From Tricharina praecox (Eukaryota), in assembly GCF_024521635.1 (NCBI RefSeq), contig NW_026250403.1, positions 372,001 through 436,000 on the forward strand: 64,000 nucleotides of DNA. Direction: 5' to 3'. Below are positions 12,482 to 25,819 of this stretch, in pieces (within the stretch, counting starts at the first letter, position 1; every line of letters starts with the position of its first letter). Under the pieces are notes generated by a model. It was not told the origin of the DNA. It did no database searches and saw only the letters and a program-made list of their open reading frames with translations. The position numbers were made by a program, and so were the translations under genes.

Positions 12482-14374
12482 CTACACCTCCATGATCTCG
12501 CTGGCAAACTTGCTTCTCCGTCTGATCCTATCGCCGTAGACGACAAGGACCCAGGGGATGATGCTGAGCATCAGGCCCACGCCGCCGAGGAAGCTGCTGG
12601 CTCCCTGGAACGTCATGCGGTGGTACATGGCGTCCGTGATCAGCGGGAAGAACCCGGCGAGCATGTTGCGGCAAAAGGATTGCGCGGCGAGGGCGGAGCT
12701 CGCGTACCGGTGGTACGTGTCGGCAAAGTAGTTGAACACTGCCAGATACACCGAGAAGATCCCGATCGTCACCGCGCCCACAGCACAGGTGGGGAGAATC
12801 CAGTGTTGGCTGGGGAAGGACGTCCATCCGAACCAGAACATGCCGATGGGGAGGAGGGCCCCGAGCGTGCACGAAGCGTAGAGCCGGGTTTCGGGGCCTT
12901 TGGCCTGGGGCATGAAGCGCCGCGCTGAGCCCTCGACGAGACTGTTAAGGCCGAGTGCAAGGAACGAAGCTATGCACATCGACGTGAAGACCGAACCGAC
13001 CTGGGAGATGGTGAACTTGTGCGATGTCTGGAAGACCAGCGGGACACCCTGGAGGAATCTGTGCGACCCACACTGTAAGCATCCATCCGTCCAAGGACAT
13101 TCTTTCGAGAAGTAGTGGTGTAACTCACAGGTAGAGGATTCCCCAGCTGAATGCGGTCCACAGACTGAAGAAGAACACGACGGGCTCGGTAAAGAGGAGG
13201 TGGAATGGCCGCGTGAGCGACACTCGCACCATCTGAGACAGGCCGGCTCGCTCTTCTTCGGCCTTGACCTTCCAGCGGACACGTAGGCTACCCTTCTCGG
13301 TCGCTGGGTCGACCCCCTCGTGGCAATGTTCGTCGAGGTACTTGTTGAGCGCCTTCGCCCGGCGGATCAATAGTACACTTCCTCGCGTCTCTTTGAACCA
13401 GATCGCAGCAGCCACCAGCAAGACGGCGTTGAAGATGAGCTGAACCCAATGGATCCATCGCCAGTTCATATACTCCGCAATGAACCCGCTGACCAGCGGA
13501 CCAGCACCTGTGCCGAACAAGGCAACCGTCGAGAAGCAAGCCATGGGAAATCCTCGAAACTCGGCATGGTAGATATCCGAGATGACACCTCCGCAGAGAG
13601 TCGAGAAGGTACTACCTCCCACGCCGAGGAAGATGCGGGCCACCAGCATTCCCGCATAGTTGTCGGTAAGCGCGCAAGCCAACGTACATACTTTCACAAA
13701 GTCAGCCGGTCCGCCGATCCAACCAAAGTGCTGTTACAGTAATGGCCCGAGAAATGACATACCAGTGAAAAGGATGTATGACGCCAAAAACACATTTCGA
13801 CGACCGTACACCTAGCCGCACATTAGCACTTGCGTCGCCAGCTTCCAAGAATAGATGAGCAACGACCAACCTCCGACAGCGGCGCAAGAAACATGGGAGC
13901 AATAGCGAATCCCGTGGTGTAGCACGTAACGCCAACCAGCAACGGCACCCTCTCCATATTCCACTCGACCTCCATCTGCGCCAGCCCACTGGTGTAGGCA
14001 CCCGCGGTGTAGGCCGCCACAAACGTGGAAGCGCAGCAGAGAGCGAGCGTAACATTCTTCTTGGTATTTCCCCAGCGAAACGGATCCACAACCTCAATCA
14101 CTCCACGCGGCAGCTGTCCAGGGTTGGGACAGAGCTCCTCGACCGGTGTTGTCCACTCGAGGTATTTGTAGTCAGTCCCCACCTGGGAGCCGCGGGTGTC
14201 GCTGCTGCGGTCATCTTCCTCCGAGTCGTTGGGTAGCGTCGATATGTGTGTCTTCTGCCGCTGGATTTCATCCTCGAGGGTGCCGTATTCTGCTGCTCGT
14301 TCGACGGCTTCGCGATCAAGCTCGTACACAATCTGGCAGTCTCCGGCGGTCTGCGGACCATGGGGGAGCACCAT
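12482..14374 (-). CDS. MFS transporter, DHA1 (drug:H+ antiporter / Tpo-like) family; 3 introns
   Basis: DPFRWGNTKK, LAPLSE|VYGRR (motif A across an intron), GGVISDIY, GPLVSGFI, KETR, RPFHLLFTEP, YFADTY..YASSALAA. Confidence 0.93.
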
Positions 14375-17029
14375 GGTTAGTTTTTCGAGATTGGCTTTTT
14401 TTTGGACTGCTTCCGCTGGTCCGGGTTTTGTAGGTGACGATGGAGATTTTTTGTAAGCAGATACAGTGTATATTGAATACTTGTCAGGGCCTTCGATTCA
14501 ATGGCACAGGCAGGCCGAGAAGCAATCCCAGTGTACGAGTGTCGTTGAAGGAAAGATAGAGTTAAGGTAGTAGAAGCGAGGGTAGCTACAGTAGTAGCAA
14601 CGACAGTGGCAGTGGCAGTGGCAGTGACAGGGACAGTGATAGGGCGAGGGATGGACTTCGATTGGGACTTCTTCAAATTCACCTTCTCCTCGTATCATAG
14701 TAAGGACGAGGGGCAAATGCGGCCGTGTCCTGGGAGACGGGATTGCTTAAATACTATGTAGAAAAGCGAAAAGCGAGGAAAAGGGAGAGAAATCAACGGT
14801 TGGCTGCGAGCCAACGCCCAAAGCACCAGCGTCCCATGCCGGATAGCTCGGGCTGGTAGTACGGTAGAAGGTATCGAGAGGACATAGGCAGTTAGGCCGC
14901 ATTGCTAGTTTAGGCGAAATCGAATTCTGATGATAAATTCACCAAGTTCATACCGCGTTGAGAAGGAACATTCCAGCGAAGGAACGGTAGTGGGAGTGCG
15001 AGTGGGAACGGGGGTGGGGGCGGTGGCCGTGGTGGCAGGTGGTCGTGGGTGAGCAAGGCCAGTCTAAACTTTACGGGAGGCCTGAGTTGCTGGGCAAGAA
15101 TGTCGCCGCAGGACTGCAGGAAAAAAAGAAGAAAAAAGAAGGACCGAATTTGAAAAATAGAGTATCTAGCGTGGCCGTTCTACATATGTGGTTAATCGCT
15201 TTTTCCTAATGCAACACTAAACAAGTTACGGACACCTTAAGTAACCATGATGCTCCATGTAGCCCTAGCTAAGCCAACCTGCAGTCTGCAGCACCGATGA
15301 TAACCTTTCCCAGTCCCGGCAAGAGTTCCAGAAACTCGTACCGGAACAAAGAAGCGGCCCCGATCTGCATTCGTGCAGCTTGTCGATACCGTCTTTGGTT
15401 GACCGGGAGGGGTTGAGTCCAATGCAAGTGAGTGGGGGGCTCGATTATGCTGCACCGGGCGGGCAGACAGGCGGGCGAGCAGGCGGGCAGGCAGAAAGGC
15501 TTTGATATCGATGCGAAAGAAAGCCATAATGTCTACCTCCGTCTACTTCCGTCTACCTCCATCTATCTACCACCCCCGTCTATCTCCATGTGCCTACCAC
15601 CTCCTCCAGCCTCGTCAGCACTTCTCGATCTCGCGATTGTCCTCAGCACCCTCAGCACCCCCTCCTCCCCTTCCCCCGCCATCTCGTCTCATTACCCCAT
15701 AGCGGACAACCCCATGAGCCGCGTTCGTTTGTTTGTTTGTTCGATGAGTGCCGGTGAGCATAGCAATGTACGCAGCTTATGCTGTGGAACCCTCAGGGCC
15801 GGCAGGTGGTATCTACCATCTACCCGGATACGTAGAGTACTTGGGTATGTAGGCATACCTATGGGTAGGTGGGTACTTAGTTGGGCATCCACGACCGACA
15901 TCGACGCCCTCGACAACTGCCTTGCAACGATAAGCGGGCGGAATACGCGGGCGGGCGGGACAGGACAGGGGATAATGGTGCCGTTAGCGGATCGAGAGGT
16001 CGACTGGGAGTGGGAGTGGGAGGGAGGGGAGTGGGACTGCGGGTGGGAGTGGGAGTGCACATCCGCATCGCATCGCACCGCACGGATGGTAGCATGCAGT
16101 GTGGTGTGGGTGGGTGGGGGTGTGGGGTGGGGCGGTCAGACATCGATTATCAATCGCTCCGAGGGCTGGAGGGTACATGTGTGTTGCGGGGGAGGGCACG
16201 GGCATAGCACGCACAATTTCCGTGCGCGACCCGCAGGGCCACAGGGCCGCAGATCGATATCGCATCTTCCGGGGCAAACGTGGCGCGGCGGGCAGAACGT
16301 TGTCTCATCGCATGATTCGCATCACTCCCGCAGCTGGGTAGGATGTACAATACTCTAGAGTGGAGTGGGTACGGTATAACTGCTTTGGTATGTATGCGCA
16401 GGGTAAGGCAGATGGTATCCGCGAACACAAACATCACCGCCGCCACCGCCGCATGCGGGCGTCGACCCGGACGGAAACAATTCCAACACGAGATCTGATG
16501 CGTGTGATGTGTGATGTGTGATGTACCTACATACAAATCCCCAACGCGGGATCCGAATCACCGATCAGTGTGATGGGCGCCGCGTGGGAGTTATTTGCGT
16601 CGGGAGGGCGGAGAGCGAAGGAAGCATCTGCCCGTGTGTACATAGCACGAATGAATCGCTCTGATTGATGCTTGCGCCGTGTGCTGTGTGGACCGCACAT
16701 GCTACATCATACGTTGTTCGAGATCGAGCGCATCAAGTAATAAAGAGCTTGGGATTAAGCTTAGCTTTTGTGCTTGTGCTTGTGCTCGCGCCTGCCTGAC
16801 GTCGGCTATTATGGAGAGTTTTGCACAGGTTCTCACGCGACGAGGTTTTGCCTGATATCATGCATCCACTTTACAGCTTTATATTGAGCTACAATGCGAT
16901 GCCCCGGTCCTGAATACAGGTATTCCCAGAGTAGAAGGAGAAGGAGAAGCAAAAGAAGAAGAAGAAGCAAAAAGAAGAGTTTAAACGCCGTTATTCATTA
17001 TTTTCCGTCCATGACCTTTGTTTGCACAT

Positions 17030-17953
17030 TTAGATCTTGTCGGCGGGGAGGGGAGTGAAGCGAAGGTAGGGCTTGACGATGCGGAAGTCAGGGAAGAGGG
17101 TCTACGCGCAGTAGTGTTAGCAAATCCGAATGCAGGCTTCCGGGGGGAAATGGTCAACGAACCTTGGCCTCCTCGTTGCTGACACCGGGGTGGACAATGA
17201 CGTCCTCACCAGGGATCCAGTTGATGGGGGTGGTGATGCTGTGGTCGCAATCAGTAACAATCCCATACCAATCTGAACCGGGCTGAAACTCACCGGTGCT
17301 TGTCCCCAGTCTGGAGCGAGTCGACAACACGCAGGACCTCGGCGGCGTTGCGTCCGGTGGAGGCGGGGTAGGACATGATGAGACGGATGGTCTTCTTTGG
17401 GTCGATGACGAAGACGGAGCGGATGGTGAACGCGATTCCCTTGGAGTCGACGTTGCTCATGTCCTGGTGGTCGATCATGTCGTAGGCGTAGGCAATCTTG
17501 CGCTCCTTGTCACCGATGATGGGGAAGGTCAGGTTGCACTGCGAGATCTCGTTGATGTCCTTGATCCAGCCATCGTGCGAGTCAACGGTGTTGGCCGAGA
17601 GACCGATCATCTTGACGTTACGCTTGGTGAACTCGGGCTGGAGCTTGGCGAAAGCACCGAGCTCGGTGGTGCAGACGGGAGTGTAGTCTGGAAGAGGCAC
17701 GACATGTCAGACGGACTGGGGAATATGGGGCCGGCGGAAGGATACGGTAACTGACCCTCGGGGTGCGAGAAGAAGACACACCAGCTGTCGCCGATCCAGT
17801 CGTGGAACTTGATGGGACCCTGGGTGGTCTCGGCCTCGAAGTTCGGGGCAGTGGTTCCCAGACGGATGCTGCAGTAAAACATGTCAGCAAATCTGCTCTG
17901 CTCGTATCCGAAGATCCGGGGAGGAATTACGGGTTCTGACGCTCGTCGGCCAT
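17030..17953 (-). CDS. PRX1: 1-Cys peroxiredoxin (Prx6/Prx1 family); about 4 introns
   Basis: MADERQNP|IRLGTTAPNF, FSHPE|DYTPVCTTELG peroxidatic motif, YPASTGRN, TPINWIPGEDV, KPYLRFT. Confidence 0.95.
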
Positions 17954-19808
17954 TGTGATTGAAGTTGTGGTGGGGGTTTGTTTGTTGAAGGGGTAGAGAG
18001 GTTTGGTAGATGGATTGTAGATGTGGATGAGGATGAGAGATGGTGGTGGGTTTTATGGTGGGGCAGGAGGCGGGGCAGACGCTACCGACGGTAGGAGATT
18101 GGGGGGAGGGGGGGAGGCACCGGCTGTCAAGGCATGGCGCCATCGCTCATGTTCGGTGGGCATCGCTTTTTTTTTTCTTTCCTTCACGTTCTCTCCTGAG
18201 GGGTGGATTTGAGCCCACGTTTTGTTTGGATGACGTGCTCAGCGCTCCGGCTCCCATGACATACGACCCATTAACCTAATTGGGGACAACTGGGCTGGGC
18301 AATCATCGACCACCATCAATTGCCGTTGCAAAGTCGGATTTCTAATACGGAGACGATGGCGCAACCCTCGCAAAACCCCCCACGGACGCGCAGAGAAAGA
18401 GGGGTACCGCGGGTGAGCTGGTTCACTCCCGCAGTTACCAACAAGTTCGACGATACTCTGGAACACAAAGAATGGTCACGATTTTGCAGGGTGCAGTGCT
18501 CAGGGTCATTTGGGAGAGGTCTATTAATGTACTTATATACCAACGGCCGCAGATAGTCCCGAGATTCACCATCACGATACAAAGTGCAGCAGGCAGGGTA
18601 CTTGGTGCAGGGGAGACGTCGCAATGCGGGCCCCCACTGACCATGTATATTCGGTGGTTCTGTCATAGAGTGATACTTCAGATCCGTAGCACGCATCTCA
18701 GCCCCCCTCTCCGGTACCGAATAACACTTGAGTCCCACGGAATTCCAACGAAATAGGTGACACAGGAAGTGGGTTCGGAATGAATCGCGTCCCTTTAAAC
18801 ATATTCAAAAGAACGATGTTTTGGATCGTCAGACTAATCTGCTCTGAAGCGCTTATCGTTAGCGGACGCGCTTCTTAACGTTTGGGTGCGGCAAAAAGGG
18901 TAGTTGGGCAAAAAGTATCAGGTAAACCAGCCACCCGCCAAGGCGACTGGCGCATAAAGCAAAAGCTGTTCCGCATCGTGAAGAGTACAAATCTCTAGGA
19001 CTGGTGCCAGCTATGATATATCATCATATTGGATTGCGGCTTGGGGGGAAAAAATCGAGTGATAGGGAATCCTTACCGATCGGGTTGTCGCTGTGAACAG
19101 TGTCACTGTTAGAATGCTATGCGCCTGGCAGCGTTCCCGGGCCTAAAAGCAGGGCGAATAGGATTTCAATCATGTGTATCCTGAACAACGAAATCGAGTC
19201 AGCAACTGCAGTGGAGCAAGTGATTTTGTAGCAGCAGAAAGCGGGGTTTGGTATCAAAGATCAGATTTAAATTCTTATCTCACAGACAACTTGTGTCAAT
19301 CGAAGAGCTGGGTTTAAAGATCGAGCGCTAGGGCTCTTTATCGTCATAAAAGATGGAGGGGGATGGGGGGACAACGGGGGAAGATGGGGTAGGGAAGGTG
19401 AGGCGTATGAAGGAAGTTCTCACCATTCAAATTAGAAGGCTGCTGCTGGCGGACGCAGCCCGTGTCCGTGGTGAACTAATCAGGAAGTAATGACGGAGGT
19501 TGAGTGTCGAGCCATTGGGAGGACTTCTTGATGAGGAGGGAAGAAAGAGGTGGAGGTGGAAGGAGAAGAAGAGAAGAACTTGCGATGGACGTTGGTTCCA
19601 CAAGCGCGAACTTTTTTTCGCCGAAAGCCAAGCCCGCTAATGTAGGTTACCGACCCTATTTTCAGCTGCCAAGCAACTTCAGGTTCACGAGATATCATCA
19701 CCACCTCCACGTTAACGTTACGAGCAGGTCGGCAGCGGCAAGGCATTGAGGTAACAGGCCGCTAAAGTATAGCATAGACGAGTCGTATATGCCAATTAAT
19801 TGATGTCG

Positions 19809-19832
19809 TCTCTCTCTCTCTCTCTCTCTCTC
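19809..19832 (+). repeat. (TC)n dinucleotide microsatellite
   Basis: Read directly from the sequence. Confidence 0.9.
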
Positions 19833-21109
19833 GGCAGGAAATTAGTGATCACCTTCGGATTCTCCAGTACAGACTGGAGTAGAGCTGCTTTCTCGGCCAA
19901 ATACCTTCCACTCTCATACAGAAGATCACTGGAGATGGTTCGACGGAATAGGCTGAGCCTACAAACTGTAGTGGTTTTGAATATCAACCAAGTTTCACCA
20001 AACAATCAGTACTTGAGACCAGTTGATCAACGATGATTAGTTGGTACATACCCGTATCAGATCAAGCTTTTCACTGGAGATGTATCGACAGCTTCCGTCA
20101 TCGAACACCTCGATTTCTGCGCTCGGAGAGAGAGCCCGGAAACGGTTGAACTCCACAGGACAACGCTTTATCCGGATCCGCTGGCTCGCCGAGCTACGAA
20201 ATGCGCACAAAGAGTATGGCGAGAATTTAGAGTACATACTGTTGCTGACCGAGATCCTACTGCGCAGTCGTGACAGAATCGAACCCACTTCTGGACTCTG
20301 GAGCCATACTCTATCTAAGCATTTCTGGGTCTTATGGGTAGCAGGCTTCCGTTCGGGTGTCGCCTCGAGCAATCGTGACGGAAAACGGTTTCTCCCGTAA
20401 ACGTATAATCCTAGATAAAGGTAAGCTGTACTCGAGAGTCGGGATTGCGGCTTCCGCAGATATGACATGCGCCGAGAGCTGAGAAGGCCGAGCTGCTTGT
20501 CGTGTGTGATCATTGATGTGCGAGCTATGGGCGGCTGTCGTTGCGACGAGGACGGACTTCACAGAAGAATGCGGTATGTATACTCTACTACAGGCTGAGA
20601 CAGCTAGTTACCGCGCGGACAGGGCTGGGGCTTATATCTGAGGTTATATAGCAACGAAGCACGTAGATACCCTAGCAATGTTCTTTTTTTGCTTAACCAC
20701 CATAGCTATCATAGCATTTGACTTGGGTAGATCACGACTGTGTAGGTAGTTTCACGTCACCGTGTCCACCCCACTGCCTTTCGGCCCGGTGTAGGTAGTC
20801 TAGCAATGCGCACCAAGGTCCCAAACCACCGATTGGACGAGTCACGAAGCCCAGTACGAGTACGAGCACGAGTACGAAGCCATTGCTCGGGCAGAGCCAG
20901 CTATCGAGATTTTTCTTACAGGGCAACCACTCGGGCAAGCGATATCCTATGACCTTGGCGACGATCCGGTGAGGACTCGAGCTTATGTACTCTATTCTCA
21001 CCCAGCCACTCGGGGTTATGCGAGTTGTCATATGGCCAAAGCCGTGGGATGCCTACGCCGCACAACCGTTGTCTGTTCATTTCAGGAATAAACGCCGCAT
21101 GATTTTGAT

Positions 21110-21187
21110 TCCCTGTTGGGGAATCTCCCTGTTGGGGAATCTCCCTGTTGGGGAATCTCCCTGTTGGGGAATCTCCCTGTTGGGGAA
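21110..21187 (+). repeat. Perfect 16-bp minisatellite TCCCTGTTGGGGAATC (4 full copies plus 14 bp)
   Basis: Identical units with no spacers. Confidence 0.95.
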
Positions 21188-23748
21188 ATAACAGAGCAAC
21201 TTATTTACCTGGGTCCTACGTTGGGCGCGAGAAAAAAGTAACAGATGTGTGCCTCCAGAGTCCAGTCGCGTGCAACATAAAACCACATTGCCGCTTCTAT
21301 CAAATACCGAAAAACACTGCTTGCAAAGCCGCTTGAAAGTTGAGAATGATATGTACCTACCTTCCGGTGCTTTGAAGATTTCGAGAAGCTTACACATGAC
21401 CGATAAGTGTCTGGATAGGTACCTAGGTGACCCATCAGAAGTTGAGTTACCAGAGCTTGAAGGTAGGGAGGCAGCGGTCTAGCAAAACTTTTGTGGAGAG
21501 AGAGCTGACAACCGGCGATACGGTAATCCGAGCACCCTGCAGACTTGCCCACGCCGCAAGGCCACCCATGGCTATAAAGTTCCGAGGATCCTACACGCTG
21601 CAGTTCGGACACATGTGGACGTTGTGTGATAATCTTGAGATTACCGGATGACCAGAAGTTTCTCGAGCGGCTTACCTATGAATCTACCTACATATGAACG
21701 GTATTTTTGATGTAGATAGAGTACTCTACATGAAAGCGGCAGCGGTGTCGCGAGTAAGTACCTACCGTAGCATTCTCCACAGCAGTGCACACGGATGCGG
21801 TTGCCGCCGTCGGTGGACCGTGGAATTACTCTCACATCCGTGCAGGGGGTGTTCACTGTTCGTGACAGGCATTTGATGGTACTCTAGGTATCCGAAAACC
21901 GACAACTCTGGTAGTTATATATCCGAGAATCTTTATTTGAACGGGTGATTTTAAGGTGGAGAATTGCCATTTCGGGGAAGGAATGTACTGTATCTGACCT
22001 GATGTCCGGGCCCTAAACGCTCCGTCACGAGTAGAGCAGCCATGAGGTCACCATCAGGGCGCAGCACGATCCCAGCCAACCATGGTACATGATTTGACTC
22101 TATTCGTCACATAGACACATGTCCCCTAGTGTGGCATGTGAAGCGGTTAACCAATCCACTCCCGCATGGGAACGAACACTCGCGTGCTAGGTTCCTACTC
22201 TAGAGTAAACAAAGCTCAAGCCTCAACTCACTTGTTACCGTTTACAATTCGCCGAGTGCTACTCTAGCAAGAATTAAGTTAGGGATCCGTCTACCAAGAG
22301 GAACGCCATGCAGACAAGACGATGACCGCGCGGCTTCCAAGCACAACGCTGCTGCAGCAACATATCTCGACGATTGGAGCCCGGCGGCGGTGGTGAGAGG
22401 AAAGTTGCCAGAGGAATCTGTGTCATATCGTGGTGGCATGGCTATGGATGGAATACGAGACAGAGTCGGGGTCCGTTCATTGGACTCTCTGCCCAGCGCC
22501 GGATCCTAGCTCGATGCTTTTCTTCCTCCGGATCCTGCGCATCCGATCGATCGATAACTGCCGGATACCGTACGTAGCCTATGACACCCTCCCGCCCTGC
22601 TGCAATCTGTGGCTCTGCCGCCGTTCTATTGGGTCAAGAAGTGGCCGAGCCACTGATTGCAGCAGATGGTGGGGGCCATAGACTTTTTGGCCACCCGAGT
22701 ACATGTAGGTTCCCACTCATGTAGCCGTGTGCGTGCTGAGGTGCCCATGCTTGATCTTCACGATCCACGCTGCGAGGGAAAGCAAGATCTGGGCAGCTTG
22801 GCTGGCATGCGGTGAACGGGGGCTCAGCTTTCGGGCCGTTCCCGGACGGGGGTCTGTTAAATGAGCAGCTGTGACCAGGATCACAGGATGGACCACCTAT
22901 CACGTGCTTTGCCGAGTGATGCCTTTTGATATGGGTACTACTAGGAGTTTCACTGGCGAGTATGGGCACGCGGAGGTCTCCCATGATCCAACAACGTCGA
23001 CTGCAAAGATGATTGCATCGCGGAGGAGCCACGTGCTTGAGCTTTGCCCCGAGAATCCGTATCGCAAAAACTCTACTCTGGATTGTTCTACCCGTGGAAG
23101 GCATAAGGTTTTCGAACTTTCTTAGCGCGATGGATTTCGGAGACGTGCAAATGATTGCTAGAACCGGAAATTGTAGATGAAAAATACCGTTTAGGGAAAC
23201 ATCAAGAGTGCTCTACTCTAGGGTATTCTGGCTATTTAGGCTTAGAGTAGTTAGAGCATCACTGCTGAACTCTAGTCAAGGACTCTATTCAAGGTGTCCC
23301 CTTGGTCGACCGGCCCCCGGGGTCACTGCCAACGCTGCATATGTCTGTATTTGATCACAAGCAGAGGTACACTACGTACATGTACTTGACTTGGGTTTAT
23401 ATCGAACTAAGATCCCTGGGTACCTATATGTACCACTCTCTCCCCACTTCGGCCCGATCGCAGCCAACCAACCGCACCCATAAATACTAGGGAACTCCCT
23501 ACGGTCATCGAGTGGCAAGCCCTCTCACATTCCTGCATTCTTGAATTATCGACTTCTCCCAGTATTTACTTTGTTCCGTGGCCACAGGCGCCTACATCTC
23601 GACCCTTCAGCATAGTTAGGAACTTACCTGTTTTTGTTCGTCGGACTGCATATCACTCCGCACTCGGCCCTCGACGTCAGATTGACGCACATAGTCGCCA
23701 TAAATTTTGCATAGAGCTTCTTGGCTTACATCGCGCGCTTGTCTCGCA

Positions 23749-25819
23749 ATGAAGCTAATATCCGCGTTTGAATCTGCCCTTGCAGCGGCAACACTATTAA
23801 ACGGTAACCAGAACCTTATTTCTTCTGTCTCTGTCCGTTGGGCCTCCCAGACGGAAAATCACAAGCGCTGATCAGCCAATCGGAAAAACCGTTCAGCCGT
23901 AGCACACGCAACCGCTGTTCCAGCTCGGGCCGAGTCTGTATCTCGCCGGGCGATATCGAATTCTCCGTCCGGCGGCTACGCTCCGAAAGAAGGATCGTGT
24001 CCGGACCAACCGCTGATCCGGACCGCGCGGAACATCTCGGACGGCGAAGCCGACTTCCTCGAGAAGCGCCATGTGGTCACCGACGCTGCTCTCCGGGACT
24101 TCCTGGGCCGTGCGGGCATGACCGACTTCGACTACGATGCGTTCATCGACTCGTACTCGCCCACGGTTGCGCTGGCGTTCTCCGGCGGCGGGTATAGGGC
24201 CATGTTGAGCGGTGGAGGAGTGATCAAGGCTATGGACTCCAGGACCCCCGGCACGACCGGTACCGGCCAGGTCGGTGGACTATTGCAGAGCGCAACGTAC
24301 TTTGCCGGCCTTTCTGGTGGTTCGTGGCTTCTGGGCTCGGTCATCCTGAACAACTTCACCACCATCGGCGGCCTGCAGAGCAGCGATGACTTGTGGGATT
24401 TGGAGAGCAGTATTTTGGCCCCGGATTCGCTCTCGTACTACAGCGATCTCCGGAGCGAAGTCAACTCGAAGGCGGATGCTGGGTTTGAAACAACGTTGAC
24501 GGACTACTGGGGTAGAGCTCTGTCGCGACAGTTTCTGAACTGGACGGATGGCGGACCAGGAGTTACGTTCTCATCCATAGCCTTGACCGATGGTTACAAG
24601 AACGCGGATCATCCGTTCCCCATCGTTGTGGCCGAAGAACGGCATCCTGGGGAGTTGATCGTTTCACGGAACGCTACGGTCTTTGAGTTCAATCCTCTGG
24701 AGATGGGATCGTGGGATCCAACGCTGTACTCATTCACCCCGTTGGAGACCCTGGGTACGAATATGACCAACGGCCAGCCGGAGGAGGATAATGTTTGCGT
24801 TCGCGGGTTTGATAATGCTGGGTGAGTCTCAAACCCCCACACTCACAGGACAAGAAGTACATACCCAATGTGCATCACATTTCTAACCCATCAACAGATA
24901 TATTCTGGGCACCTCATCCAGTCTCTTCAACCAATTCCTCCTCAACCTCAACTCTTCCGGTATCAGCGGGATCTTCCTGGAAGCGGCCCAGCGCGTCCTC
25001 TCCGACTTCTCCGAGTCCGAAACCGACATCGCCGCCTACACACCGAACCCCTTCTACGGTGTCAACACCGACACCAACCCATCCGGAGCGATCCGCAACC
25101 TCACCCTCGTCGACGGTGGCTCTGATCTCCAGAACCTCCCGTTGGTCCCGCTGGTGCAGCCATTCCGCAACGTGGACGTAATCTTCGCCTTCGACAATTC
25201 CGCCGACACGCTCAACGACGACGCCACGACGTCGAACTGGCCCAACGGCACGGCGATGGTCGCAACATACGAGCGGGCCATGCACGGCGACATCTCGAAC
25301 GGCACGCTGTTCCCGTACATTCCGGACACCAACACGTTCGTGAACCTCGGGCTCAACCGGCGGCCCACCTTCTTCGGCTGCAGCGCCCAGAACATCACCG
25401 CCGGCCGCGCCAATGCCACCGCTCCGCCGCTCGTCGTGTACATGCCCAACACCCCGTACACCTACAAGAGCAACGTCAGCACCTTCACCATGTCGTACAA
25501 GAACGAGGAGCGCGACGGGATCATCGCCAATGGCTGGAACGTCGCCACGCAGGGAAACTCTACCGTGACGGACGCGAACGGCTGGCCCGCGTGCATCGGC
25601 TGCGCCATCATTCACCGCCAGCTCGAACGGACGGGCGTGGAGCAGTCGGAACAGTGTAAACAGTGCTTCACGGACTACTGCTGGAACGGGACCCTGGCAA
25701 CCGAGGACCCGCCGCAGTACGAGCCGGCAATGTTTATCAAGACCAGCGCTGGCATGCGGGTTACGAGTGGGGGAATGGCGCTTCTGGTTGCGGTCGTTGC
25801 TGGGCTGGTTGTAATGTAA
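23749..25819 (+). CDS. PLB1: Lysophospholipase / phospholipase B, secreted and probably GPI-anchored; 2 introns
   Basis: Signal peptide MKLISAFESALAAATLL; SGGGYRAM (Arg), GLSGGSW (Ser), VDGG (Asp); C..CF..YCWNG; hydrophobic C-terminal tail; introns about 23804-23896 and 24822-24897. Confidence 0.93.

Noticed and set aside
15432-16358. 308-aa ORF
   Set aside because: Low-complexity, repeat-derived sequence (WEWE, poly-P) with no recognisable motif.
17954-18143. Upstream mitochondrial presequence for PRX1
   Set aside because: The upstream ATG at 18143 is out of frame with the PRX1 start, and the in-frame extension reaches a stop without an ATG.
21110-21187. CRISPR-like array (also 40684-40758)
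   Set aside because: The units are contiguous with no unique spacers, no cas genes are present, and the context is eukaryotic.
8289-23700. Telomerase RNA, tRNA or 5S rRNA in the large intergenic tracts
   Set aside because: No TAACCCTAA-type template or cloverleaf was found. ACATACGACC at about 18259 matches only the first 10 nt of a 5S start.
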